DNA of 64,000 nt from an uncultured Candidatus Micrarchaeota archaeon (lineage in GTDB: Archaea > Micrarchaeota > Micrarchaeia > Anstonellales > Bilamarchaeaceae), in contig OY970229.1 in the NCBI GenBank assembly GCA_963714085.1, positions 1,507,540-1,571,539 of the forward strand, in the 5' to 3' direction. The notes under the pieces were generated by a model. That model was given only the letters and a program-made list of their open reading frames with translations, did not search any database and was not told where the DNA came from. Below are positions 1 to 9,720 of the stretch, in pieces (the stretch's first letter is position 1; the number at the start of each line of letters is the position of its first letter). A program made the translations under genes and the position numbers.

Positions 1-481
1 ACTCTTTCTTCTTCGGTTCCTCTTTCTTGTGCTCCTTCTTATGCTCTTCCTTCTTGTGGGCCTCCTTCTTCGGAGCCTCTTTCGGGGCTTCCTTGGCCGG
101 CTCGGCCTTCGGTGCCGCCGGTCCGGGCTTGGGCATCTTCTTCAGTATGTCCGCGAGCTTCTCGCTCGCGCCCCCCGGGTTCTCGACCGCGACCGCGCTA
201 GTGCCGACCGGCACTCCGACCGCGATCCCGAGCTCCTTCTTCGTCGCCACGAAGGCGTAGCAGATGTTGTTCTCCTTGCAGAGCATCGGGATGTGCACGA
301 CGATCTCCTCAGGGCTCACGTCGCCCGCGACGACCACGAGCTTCGCGGTCTTGCGTTCGATGGCCTTGGTGGTCTCGTTCACTCCCTTCTTTATCTTGCC
401 GCCGTCCTTCGCGACCGAGAGCATCTCCAGGATCTGCGGAACCAGTTCTGCCGGTGTCTCAATATCCATGTAGCTAACCAT
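1..481 (-). CDS. rpl7ae: 50S ribosomal protein L7Ae with Lys/Glu/His-rich C-terminal tail (runs off window start)
   Basis: Manual translation from ATG at 481 (GGTGG upstream): MVSYMDIETPAELV...GKIKKGVNETTKAIER...LVVVAGDVSPEEIVVHIPMLC...KKELGIAVG. Absent from the ORF track because no stop lies in the window. Confidence 0.95.
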   Translation of the reverse strand, partial: MVSYMDIETPAELVPQILEMLSVAKDGGKIKKGVNETTKAIERKTAKLVVVAGDVSPEEIVVHIPMLCKENNICYAFVATKKELGIAVGVPVGTSAVAVENPGGASEKLADILKKMPKPGPAAPKAEPAKEAPKEAPKKEAHKKEEHKKEHKKEEPKKKE

Positions 482-679
482 TTTTCCACCTCAAAATCTT
501 TTCTCATCGGTAGATAGAGAAAATTTGTATCCTCACTTATAGTTACGAGATTTTAAAAATGTTCATGTGGGCCTCTATATTATATATACGCTAAGCGGGC
601 GGGCGCCCGGGCGCGTCGCGGAACGGTCCGCCGCCCCTGCTCACACTTTTAAATATGGTTATGCGCGAAGTATGAAAAC

Positions 680-1375
680 ATGAAGACGATCGGGCTCATA
701 GGCGGGATGAGCTGGGAATCATCCGCGGAGTATTACAGAATCATCAATGAATCCGTGAGAGAAGAGCTCGGGGGATGGCACTCCTCCAAATGCCTGATGT
801 ACAGCTTTGATTTCGACGAGATGCACCGGCTGCAAGATAAGGGCGAATGGGAAAGGCTGGCCCGACTGGTGGCCGATGCCGCCAGGAGATTGGAGACCGG
901 CGGCGCGGACTGCATACTCATCTGCGCCAACACGATGCATAAAATGGCCGGCGAGGTCCAGAAAGCGGTATCCATCCCAGTGATACACATCGCGAATGCG
1001 ACGGGCGAAGAAATCAAGTCCAAAGGATTGAGGACCGTGGGCCTGCTCGGGACAAGATTCACCATGGAAGAGGATTTCTACAAAGGGCGGCTGTCGGAAA
1101 AATTCGGATTGAAGGTAATCGTTCCGGAGGAGCGGGACCGGCGGTTCATACATGACGTGATATTCAACGAGCTCTGCCTGGGGAAATTCAATCCCAGCTC
1201 TAAAGAGGAATTCAAGAGGATAATCTCCCGGTTGGAAAAAGATGGCGCAGAGGGAGTAGTCCTCGGATGCACCGAGATCCCGCTTTTGATAAAGCAAGAA
1301 GATGTGAAGTCGCCTATATTCGATACTACGAGAATCCATGCGAAAGCCGGAGTGAAATTCGCCCTGGGCGAATAA
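680..1375 (+). CDS. Aspartate/glutamate racemase family protein
   Basis: MKTIGLIGGMSWESSAEYYR, ICANT and LGCTEIP two-Cys racemase motifs. Confidence 0.93.
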   Translation: MKTIGLIGGMSWESSAEYYRIINESVREELGGWHSSKCLMYSFDFDEMHRLQDKGEWERLARLVADAARRLETGGADCILICANTMHKMAGEVQKAVSIPVIHIANATGEEIKSKGLRTVGLLGTRFTMEEDFYKGRLSEKFGLKVIVPEERDRRFIHDVIFNELCLGKFNPSSKEEFKRIISRLEKDGAEGVVLGCTEIPLLIKQEDVKSPIFDTTRIHAKAGVKFALGE

Positions 1376-2150
1376 GCGGAACCGGTTGCTGTGCCGAAAA
1401 ATCCATCGCGACGCCTCGCTTTTCCAGTCCGGCTCGCGATTCGCGGCGAAAAGGCGGAAAGCTCGACGCAACCTTTATAAAGACCCATCCTCATATATGT
1501 AGTTTACCGCTTTTTCAGAGGCGTTTTCGCCGTTGAGAAGGCGTCGTGGAAATCTATTACTTTTAGATTTGACTCACGCTTCAAGAGAAATGATCCATGT
1601 ATAGTATACCTGAACAATTCCAATAGGAATTGCTCCCAAATTTCGTAACGCGGGACAATTGGTTAGGAGAGTTCATCTCTTTTAACTCCAGTTGATCCTG
1701 CTGGAGGGTACTGCTATCAGAGTTCGACTAAACCATGCAAGTCAGCTCACTCACTTGGGTGGGCGGCGTACGGCTGAGTAACACGTAGTCAATCTGCCCT
1801 GGGGACGGGAATAACCTCGGGAAACTGAGGCTAATTCCAGATAGGCGATGGGAACTGGAAGGCCCCATCACCGAAACGGCTGGTGAATTGGAACCAGTCC
1901 GCCCTAGGATGAGACTGCGGCTGATTAGGTAGTTGGTGAGGTAACGGCTCACCAAGCCGATAATCAGTAGGGGCCATGGGAGTGGTGGCCCCCAGAAGGG
2001 TACTGAGACAAGGACCCTAGCCCTACGGGGTGCAGCAGGTGCGAAACCTCCGCAATGCGCGCAAGCGTGACGGGGGGACTCTGAGTGGCGATAACTTAGT
2101 TATCGTCTTTTGCGGAGTGTAAATAGCTCCGAGAATAAGGGTGTGGGCAA

Positions 2151-2198
2151 ACACTGCCCACAACTTACGGCTAAGAACGGTCGTGGGAAGTGGCCTAT
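2151..2198 (+). other. 16S rRNA intron 1, 48 nt, BHB type
   Basis: Removal restores gggcaa|gactggtggcagccgccgcgg; gggc/gcct 4-bp helix with 3-nt bulges aaa and atg. Confidence 0.9.
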
Positions 2199-2462
2199 GA
2201 CTGGTGGCAGCCGCCGCGGTAACACCAGCGCCTCAAGTGGTACCCACGAATATTGGGCCTAGAGCGTCCGTAGCTGGATTGAAAAGTCTACTGTGAAATG
2301 TTGGGGCCTAACTCCAACGCGTGCAGTAGATACTTTCAGTCTCGGGAATGGGGGAGGTTCGGGGTACTTCCGGGGTAGGGGTAAAATCTGTTGAGCCTGG
2401 AAGGACCACCAGTGGCGAAGGCGCCGAACCAAAACATGTCCGACAGTGAGGGACGAAAGCTG

Positions 2463-2496
<34 letters not shown>

Positions 2497-2582
2497 CAGC
2501 TGTAAATGATGCAGACTGAGGTGTTGCGTGTGAGTAATCATGCGCAGTGCTGTAGCGTAGGTGTTAAGTCTGCCGCCTGGGG

Positions 2583-2634
<52 letters not shown>

Positions 2635-2768
2635 CCGTGGATGCTACGGTTTAATTGGATACAACGCCGGAAATATCACCAAGGGCGACGGCAGAATGAA
2701 GGCCAGACCAAAGATCTTGCCTGACAAGCCGAGAGGTATTGCATGGCCATCGTCAGCTCGTGGTGTGA

Positions 2769-2807
2769 GCGCGCAACGGCTCCGAAAGGAGATGAGGCGC
2801 GGCACAA
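2769..2807 (+). other. 16S rRNA intron 2, 39 nt, BHB type
   Basis: Removal restores gctcgtggtgtga|actgtccagttaagtc; gtgt/gcac helix with bulges gag and aaa; cgcgc/gcgcg stem and GAAA-capped hairpin inside. Confidence 0.87.
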
Positions 2808-3432
2808 ACTGTCCAGTTAAGTCTGGCAACGAGCGAGACCCATGCCTTTAGTTACTAACTTCCTCTCCGGAGGAGGTGTACTCTAGAGGGACTGCCCGTG
2901 CTGAATGGGAGGAAGGAGTGGGCGACGGTAGGTCAGTATGGTCCGAAACCCTTGGGCTACACGCGGCATACAGTGGTCGGCACAATGGGCTGCGACTCCG
3001 AAAGGAGGAGCTAATCCCCTAAATCCGGCCGTGGTTTGGATTGAGGGTTGAAACTCACCCTCATGAAAATGGAATGGCTAGTAATCGCGTGTCACTATCG
3101 CGCGGTGAATGCGTCCCCGCTCCTTGCACACACCGCCCGTCAAGTCATCCAAATGTTTTCCTGGTGAGACGCCGGTTCATGCCGGACTCGAACCGAGAAG
3201 GCGTGAGGGGGGCTAAGTCGTAACAAGGTATCCGTAGGGGAACCTGCGGATAGATCACCTCCAATTCGATTTCGATCGGTTGGAACGCGTTATGCAAGGA
3301 ATAATACGTGGATTCTCTAAATGAAGCGTGAGTCTGATTCTTTTTTCCACGAAAATCGACGTCCAGCGCGAGCCATGCGTTCCTGGGCGAGCGCACAACC
3401 TTTTTTAATCTGCGCCAGCTAGTTTCATCCCT

Positions 3433-3780
3433 ATGCCGAGGCTCAAAATCCGCGAAGGAACGCTCGAGCTAGACGACGAGAAGCTCGTGATAAGGAAGAC
3501 GTTCGAGTCCGGCCTCGTGGACAACCTGATCACCCGCACGATCAACGCGCTCGCGAAGAAGGAGGACGTCATAAAGCTGAAAGACATCAGCATGGTCGTG
3601 TTCGAGCCCGGCGTGCCCGGCAGGATGTGCCCGCACATGCTGGTCTACTACGGGAGCAAGAGCCGGCTCATCGAGTTCTGCATAGACAAGGAGAAGCTGA
3701 AAGGGAAATCCAACCTGCGCAAGGCGCTCGAGTTCCTCGAGAAGCGCGGGATCGAGCTCGGCATGGCGGTCGGAGAATGA
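3433..3780 (+). CDS. Hypothetical protein (115 aa)
   Basis: ORF with genome-typical codon usage; no recognised motif. Confidence 0.7.
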   Translation: MPRLKIREGTLELDDEKLVIRKTFESGLVDNLITRTINALAKKEDVIKLKDISMVVFEPGVPGRMCPHMLVYYGSKSRLIEFCIDKEKLKGKSNLRKALEFLEKRGIELGMAVGE

Positions 3781-3810
3781 AAGAAGAAAGCCGTTCCCGG
3801 ATGCGTTCAC

Positions 3811-4035
3811 TCACCCGGGCACGACGATATCGGAGCCGGATCGCTCCAGCGTGCGGTACACTGTCATGTGCGACACGCCCAGCAGGTCAGCGATATCCCT
3901 GATGCTGAGTTTTTCCACGATAAGGAGATCGAGGATCTCACCGAGCCGCGCGTCTATTTTGCGCGGCCGTCCCTTTTTCCCCTTTTCACAAGGACCTATG
4001 GATGTACCTAAAGGTCGGCCATTCACAGGACCGCA
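3811..4035 (-). CDS. Small helix-turn-helix DNA-binding protein (start uncertain)
   Basis: KKGRPRKID...LSIRDIADLLGVSHMTVYRTL resembles a resolvase/Hin-type HTH; no in-frame ATG nearby. Confidence 0.6.
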   Translation of the reverse strand, partial: CGPVNGRPLGTSIGPCEKGKKGRPRKIDARLGEILDLLIVEKLSIRDIADLLGVSHMTVYRTLERSGSDIVVPG

Positions 4036-4195
4036 TGCCTGCGACCGATACCGGGCGGAGAGACTTCCTCGCCTTGCCAACTGCGTTGATTCCTGCCTTT
4101 TCCAAACCACTTTCCATGTCTTTCCACCTCCTTTAGGTTGTTCTGAATATACGCTGCTGAACTGATATATAAATGTTTGTAACAAAACGGATTCC

Positions 4196-4645
4196 ATGGC
4201 TGATATGCTCGGTCTTGCGGTCTTCGTCCTGCTCCTTACCGGATGCGGGCTGGTGAACCAGGCGCAGAACATGAACCAGACGCTCGAGGCCCAGGCCAAC
4301 GCGACGCCGCCCGCCGTCCTGCCTGCGCAGAACGCGTCGATCAACAGCCCTCTTGAAGCGCAATGGGTGCTCATAACGAAGCCGGAGGTGGAGATCGTCT
4401 GCCTCAAGCTTGCCAGGGACGCGGTCGCGGGCAGGGGTTACAGCCCGTCCGTCGTGTTCGGTTGCACCTGCCAGGCGCAGGAAACTGACGAGGTGAAGGC
4501 CTACGGCTGCACGGTGAGCGCGGTGAACGGCGATAACCCGGTCAGCGTGGTCTGCGTCAAGGCCAACGCGACCTGCTCGTCGTCATCCAGTTTCGGGAAC
4601 TCGGTCTACACGTTCGACCAGCTGCAGGCGCTGGCCGGCGGCTAG
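4196..4645 (+). CDS. Secreted Cys-containing lipoprotein-like protein
   Basis: Hydrophobic N-terminus ending LLLTGC (lipobox-like); several further Cys. Confidence 0.75.
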   Translation: MADMLGLAVFVLLLTGCGLVNQAQNMNQTLEAQANATPPAVLPAQNASINSPLEAQWVLITKPEVEIVCLKLARDAVAGRGYSPSVVFGCTCQAQETDEVKAYGCTVSAVNGDNPVSVVCVKANATCSSSSSFGNSVYTFDQLQALAGG

Positions 4646-4849
4646 TGCGCCAGGGAACGCCCGAGTCCGATCCCTGTAAGCGGGCGCCGCCCCTTACTTA
4701 CACAAAAAACAACTCTTTATAAACGTTTATAACATAAATAGGATAACAGAAGGGGCGGCAACGGGCTCCAAAAATTTCATGAATCCAGTCTCGGATATCG
4801 AGGCATCCGCGCTCAGGCGCGGGAGAGGAGACCCAGGTAGTGCTGAAGG

Positions 4850-5788
4850 ATGACGAGGTACTCGTTCATGACCAGACTAAAGAGGCGCAAAGTGGGGCGG
4901 CCCGGAACCGGGAAGCGCGCAGCGCCAGCCGCCGAGTTCGCCAAGGCCGGCGGGCCCCTGCTGGCAACCCCGACCAGGGAAGGGATACGGAAGATATTGA
5001 CGGAAAACCGGGCCCCCATGGACATCATCGTGCAGATGGCCAGGGGTTCCAAGGAAACGATCCGCATACTCGGGGAGCTGGCCTCGGATCCTCATGGAAC
5101 AGTAAGGGACCGCGCAGCGATGGCGATACTGGGGCTTGCGGACGCCTGCGGGGACGTCCCGGGGCTTTTATCCAATCTAGTCATCGCGGCCTTGGACAAG
5201 GAGGCCGAACCGGGCGCCGCGCATTCGCTGGGTCCCATACTCCTGCTCGGCCTGCCCATACTCGGCATGGAGCTCACGCGGGGCGAGACCGAGGCGCGCA
5301 TCGCCGCAGCCAGGGCCATTGGCGTCGCGGCATCGTGCGGCCATAACATGGTGCTGCTAACGCCCGCGCTGACGGGCGGGATTTCGGACGCCGACGCGCG
5401 CGTGCAGAAGGAGTCCATCGCAGCGCTGGGGAAGATGGAGGCCGCCGGGCAGGAAATAAAGTTCAGCGTGCCATTTCTGCTGCTGGCCTCGACCATGGAC
5501 GAAAGTCCCATCAGGGCCGGGGCCATCGAGCTTGTCCGAAGGCCCGGCATATCCGGAAAGCTATCCAGGATACTGTGCGAATCCAGCGAGATATTCATGG
5601 AGCACCTGGACGATCACCAGTCCAGGATACAAGCCGCCACCGTAATCAGCGCAGTCATGAGGTCGGAACCGTTCCTGGAAGGGGTAGGACGGCAGGACTC
5701 GGGATATCTTGATGCCAGGACCGCGCTCGGAGGGGTGCTGGCAGAGATAGAGCGCCTCGAGGAGGCCGACGCCACTCCGAAGTCCTGA
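4850..5788 (+). CDS. HEAT-repeat-like protein with basic N-terminal leader
   Basis: DPHGTVRDRAAMAIL, EARIAAARAIG, DARVQKESIAALGKM, SPIRAGAIELV repeats. Confidence 0.75.
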   Translation: MTRYSFMTRLKRRKVGRPGTGKRAAPAAEFAKAGGPLLATPTREGIRKILTENRAPMDIIVQMARGSKETIRILGELASDPHGTVRDRAAMAILGLADACGDVPGLLSNLVIAALDKEAEPGAAHSLGPILLLGLPILGMELTRGETEARIAAARAIGVAASCGHNMVLLTPALTGGISDADARVQKESIAALGKMEAAGQEIKFSVPFLLLASTMDESPIRAGAIELVRRPGISGKLSRILCESSEIFMEHLDDHQSRIQAATVISAVMRSEPFLEGVGRQDSGYLDARTALGGVLAEIERLEEADATPKS

Positions 5789-5857
5789 AATACCTGAAAA
5801 TCCATTAAAAGTAACATTTAAATACTAGTTCTGCGTAATATGTACAGGTGAAATCCC

Positions 5858-6493
5858 ATGCAATCCACTCTAACCCAGACCCCGGTCGGTACGAAGGCCC
5901 GGCCGCCCGTGTCCACGAAGGCCCCGGCGCTCGATGCCGTTCCAGTCAAGCGTAGCCTGCTCACTGCCGTCAGCAACATGTCCGATAACGGGCAGATGGA
6001 GAATATCGGCAAGGACGGCATGAAGCAACTGCTGCTCCAGTGCGAGACCATCACCGACTATTGCTATCTCATACGCGTGATAAACCGCTATCCGAAAGCG
6101 GTGAAAGCCGCCGAGGCGCTGGCTTCCGACCCCGCGGTCTTCCTGCGTGCCGCGCGAATCATAGAAGCCGGGGTTGACACGCACGATATCCATGACCTGG
6201 TGCCCCTGCTCGTCGAAGCCGCGATGGGGGACAACGTCCCCGCGGAGGTCCAGCTCGCGGTTGAGAGGGCGATCAGAGCTTACTCTCCGATATGCAGCTA
6301 TGTCCAGGATCCACAAGACACATTGTTCAGCAAGGTCGCCGACCCGGCGCTAGCGGGCCATGTTGATGCTCTCATAGATGCGGACACGGCGTTCGGCACG
6401 ACCATCAGCGCAGAAGCATCGAGAATCCTCGCCCAGCGCACCGGTTACATCCTCGTGCCCGCGGGCGAATCCAAGCCGGCCGCCAGCGAGTAA
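5858..6493 (+). CDS. Hypothetical alpha-helical protein
   Basis: TATA-like tttaaa and SD aggtga upstream; 211 aa ORF. Confidence 0.7.
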   Translation: MQSTLTQTPVGTKARPPVSTKAPALDAVPVKRSLLTAVSNMSDNGQMENIGKDGMKQLLLQCETITDYCYLIRVINRYPKAVKAAEALASDPAVFLRAARIIEAGVDTHDIHDLVPLLVEAAMGDNVPAEVQLAVERAIRAYSPICSYVQDPQDTLFSKVADPALAGHVDALIDADTAFGTTISAEASRILAQRTGYILVPAGESKPAASE

Positions 6494-6586
6494 AACCGGC
6501 CGTTCTCCTATTTTTCCTACGTTTTAGTTCCCTGCAGCCACAAGAAGGTTTAATTATGTTCACCCAGCATATGCATAACTGATAGG

Positions 6587-7510
6587 ATGGTGGATGCCGG
6601 GGTCAGGAAGCAGCTGGTTCGCATGCGAAAAGGTGACCAGCTGGCAATCGGATTCCAGAAACTGAGATACCCCGGCGACCCGATTGTCGAGCAGGTCCGA
6701 GGGCTGGGCAAGGCGCCGGGCCTGAAGCTGGATTCCGCGTTTGAGATAAACAACAGCCACGGTGACGGAACCCGGTTCGATTACCGCACCGGGAAGACCA
6801 GCAGATGTCCGGACGCCCGCGCGAGGGGCAGCCTGGTCCTGTTGACATGCACCGCGGACGCGGAGAGCCCCGCGCAACTGCTTACGCCGCTTTACGATTT
6901 CTGCGAGGCCCTGGACAAGCCGCCGCACATATGGTTCCATTCCAGGACCGCGGCCCCGCACTGGTCCTTCACTATATCCGAAGCGCGGGTCAGGGCCGTG
7001 GAACTGGCAGCCATTGTCCCCAGATGCTCGGGCCTTGAAGGGAGGTATTATATCGACTCCCAGAAGCTGCTCCAGGCCATCGAGAGGCTCACGGTGCCGC
7101 CCGATAAAGGCGGGAACCTGGATATCTGGGGCATGATCAGGGTGGACGCGTTCCACATATACGACAAGAGGCCGAAGCCAGGAGGTCCTCAGGATTGGGA
7201 AACCGTGCTGCGCCAGATGCGTTTGGATTGGGCGCTCGCGCAGCGCAAGATGGTCTCCCGTATAATCAGCGACATGAAGATGGACGAGATGTACTTCATA
7301 ATGTCCGGGGGGCTGGAGGGCGACAGGCTCCGCGAGCCGCTCGACGATCTCGCAAGGAGAAAGGTCTACGCCGCGGTTCTGAGGGACCTGAAGGGCGACG
7401 ACAGCATCCACATAACGACCGAAAACCACCTTTCCATGGAGGGCTACGTCCATAGCGTCCTCACGTACCCCTCGACCAATGCGCCTGCACGGGACAGACT
7501 CGCCTCGTGA
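6587..7510 (+). CDS. Hypothetical protein (307 aa)
   Basis: Long ORF preceded by AT-rich promoter-like sequence. Confidence 0.7.
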   Translation: MVDAGVRKQLVRMRKGDQLAIGFQKLRYPGDPIVEQVRGLGKAPGLKLDSAFEINNSHGDGTRFDYRTGKTSRCPDARARGSLVLLTCTADAESPAQLLTPLYDFCEALDKPPHIWFHSRTAAPHWSFTISEARVRAVELAAIVPRCSGLEGRYYIDSQKLLQAIERLTVPPDKGGNLDIWGMIRVDAFHIYDKRPKPGGPQDWETVLRQMRLDWALAQRKMVSRIISDMKMDEMYFIMSGGLEGDRLREPLDDLARRKVYAAVLRDLKGDDSIHITTENHLSMEGYVHSVLTYPSTNAPARDRLAS

Positions 7511-7556
7511 AGCAAAAAAAATAAAAAAAAGAGAGGATGGCCGCCTTGCCCGTTCC

Positions 7557-7676
7557 TTAGAACACCGCGAGCCGCGGCATCAGTGCGAGCTCGAGCAGCC
7601 CGGGTCTCCTGGGCGGTATGCCCATCACCCGTCTTATGGTCTCGACGTCGAGCCCCAGATCCTTCAACTCATTCAT
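7557..7676 (-). CDS. Small protein (39 aa, MNELKDLGLDVETIRRVMG...)
   Basis: SD GGTGA before ATG; T-rich terminator-like tract downstream. Confidence 0.45.
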   Translation of the reverse strand: MNELKDLGLDVETIRRVMGIPPRRPGLLELALMPRLAVF

Positions 7677-7816
7677 ATGATCACCAATTTTTGGATGCGA
7701 TAATACGCACCCGCAAAACCTTCCCGGAAGACAGCCCTTCCGGTAGCATCGGATTCGGTCAACGAAGGTACCGGAATCACACGACCGGGACGAACCCGGC
7801 CCTTCTTTCCCTTCAA

Positions 7817-7927
7817 TCAGGCGGCCACGTTCGGGCAGCCGTCGTGATAAGCGGTCGAGGTCGGCCACTTGGCGAACTCCCCAATCAGCATCCTTACGAC
7901 ACTTTCGTACTTCATCGTCATTTCCAT
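7817..7927 (-). CDS. Small protein (36 aa, MEMTMKYESVVRMLIGEF...)
   Basis: Strong SD GGAGGTG 6 nt before ATG; TATA-like tttataaa near 7975. Confidence 0.4.
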   Translation of the reverse strand: MEMTMKYESVVRMLIGEFAKWPTSTAYHDGCPNVAA

Positions 7928-8018
7928 GGCACGCACCTCCGTTTTAGTGATGGAAGGAGCGCGAATCCGAGGTTTATAAATGCTTGTCACAGAAATGGTC
8001 TAGGAGAGGCTGGTAACA

Positions 8019-9710
8019 ATGTCGGAGCTTGACACGGTCATACGCAAGCATGCGCTCAAGAACGCGTTCGATTTCGGGAAGGCCAACCCGGGTTCGGTCG
8101 CAGGCAAGGTCATCGCTGAATGGCCTGACGCGAAGAATGACATGAAGGGCATCATGAAGAAGATCGCGGAGTCGGTCGCGCTCGTGAACAAGATGAAGAA
8201 ACCGGAGATAGAGGCCGAGCTCTCCAGGTACGAATTCGTGGAAAAGCCCAAAGAAGAGAAAAAAGAGATCGAGGTCGAAGGCGCGGAGATGGGCAAGGTC
8301 GTGGTGCGCTACGCCCCTGAGCCCAACGGCTGGCCCCACATCGGCCACGCGAAGGCATTCTCCATCGCGAACGCCATCGGCAAGAGATACGAAGGGAAGA
8401 TAATCCTCAGGTGGGACGACACGAACCCCGAGGCGGAAAAAGCCGAGTTCGTGGACGCCATCCGGGACGGGATAAAATGGCTCGGCCTGGAATGGGGCGA
8501 GGAGAAATACTGCAGCGACTACATGCAGGACATGTACAAGCTCTGCGAGAAGCTGCTCAAAGACGGCAACGGCTATGCATGCACGTGCACCCAGGACCAG
8601 GTGTCCAAGGCGCGCGAATCGACGAAGCGCTGCGCCTGCGGCTCGGAACCCCCGGCCAAGAGCCTCGAGATGTGGAAGGGCATGCTCGACGGCTCGGTGA
8701 AGGAGGGCGGCGCGACCATCCGTTTGAAGGGGGACATGGCTGCGCAGAACACCGTGATGCGCGACCCCACGATGTTCAGGATAATCACCGCGACGCACTT
8801 CAGGCAGAAGGACAAGTACCGCGTCTGGCCGACCTACGACTTCCAGGGCGCGGTGATGGACTCGCTTTTGGGCATCACGCACCCCATACGCTCGAAGGAA
8901 TACGAGCTGCGGGACGAGCTCTACATCTTCCTTTTAAACAAGCTCGGTCTTCGCGTACCGAAGATGCTCACGATCTCGAGGCTGCAGATCAAGAACGCGC
9001 CGATAAGCAAGCGCCTGTTACGTCCTCTGGTGGAGACAGGCAAGCTCATGGGCTGGGACGACCCGAGGCTTCCTACGCTGGCGGGCCTCAAGCGCAGGGG
9101 CATACTGCCCGAGGCGATACGAACTTTCGTTCTCTCGTTCGGGTTATCCAAGGTCGAGAGCGAGCCGGACTGGGAGGCGCTCCTCGTGGAGAACCGCAAG
9201 CTGCTCGATCCGGTGGCGGACAGGTACTTCTTCGTGGCCGACCCCGTGGAGCTGGAAGTGGAGGACGCGCCCGAGGAGACCGTTAAACTGCGTTTGCACC
9301 CGAAGCTGGAGCACGGGTTCCGCGAGATAGAGACGAGCGACACGTTCTACATAAGCAGGGCGGACGCGGACACGCTGGAGAAGGACGAGGTGTTCAGGCT
9401 CAAGGACCTCTTCAACGTGGAAGTCTCCGAGACCGGGAAGACGCTCGAGGGGAGCTACGCGGGCGACGAGAAGGTCGGGAAGAAGTTCCAGTGGGTGAGC
9501 GATGCGCGCATCGATTGCGAAATCCTCGTCCCGCAGGACCTTCTGAAGGACGGCGAGTTCAACCCCGAAAGTTTGAAGGTCATGAACGGTTTCTGCGAGA
9601 GGAACTGCGCGAAGCTCAAAGAGGGCACGCTCATCCAGTTCGAGAGGTTCGGCTTCGTGCGGCTGGACAAAAAAGATAAGGAGAAGCTGACGTTCGTCTT
9701 CGCATGCTGA
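8019..9710 (+). CDS. gltX: Glutamyl-tRNA synthetase (archaeal type)
   Basis: RYAPEPNGWPHIGHAK (HIGH), DDTNP, ISKR, GWDDPRLPTL, QFERFGF motifs. Confidence 0.97.
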   Translation: MSELDTVIRKHALKNAFDFGKANPGSVAGKVIAEWPDAKNDMKGIMKKIAESVALVNKMKKPEIEAELSRYEFVEKPKEEKKEIEVEGAEMGKVVVRYAPEPNGWPHIGHAKAFSIANAIGKRYEGKIILRWDDTNPEAEKAEFVDAIRDGIKWLGLEWGEEKYCSDYMQDMYKLCEKLLKDGNGYACTCTQDQVSKARESTKRCACGSEPPAKSLEMWKGMLDGSVKEGGATIRLKGDMAAQNTVMRDPTMFRIITATHFRQKDKYRVWPTYDFQGAVMDSLLGITHPIRSKEYELRDELYIFLLNKLGLRVPKMLTISRLQIKNAPISKRLLRPLVETGKLMGWDDPRLPTLAGLKRRGILPEAIRTFVLSFGLSKVESEPDWEALLVENRKLLDPVADRYFFVADPVELEVEDAPEETVKLRLHPKLEHGFREIETSDTFYISRADADTLEKDEVFRLKDLFNVEVSETGKTLEGSYAGDEKVGKKFQWVSDARIDCEILVPQDLLKDGEFNPESLKVMNGFCERNCAKLKEGTLIQFERFGFVRLDKKDKEKLTFVFAC

Positions 9711-9720
9711 GGCTGGTGCT

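Noticed and set aside
27..517. Plus-strand ORFs at the window start
   Set aside because: Antisense shadows of rpl7ae on the minus strand.
7678..7927. Selenocysteine/readthrough at the TGA at 7817-7819
   Set aside because: The frame stays open for about 46 more codons, but the extension has no recognisable motif and no clear archaeal SECIS was seen.
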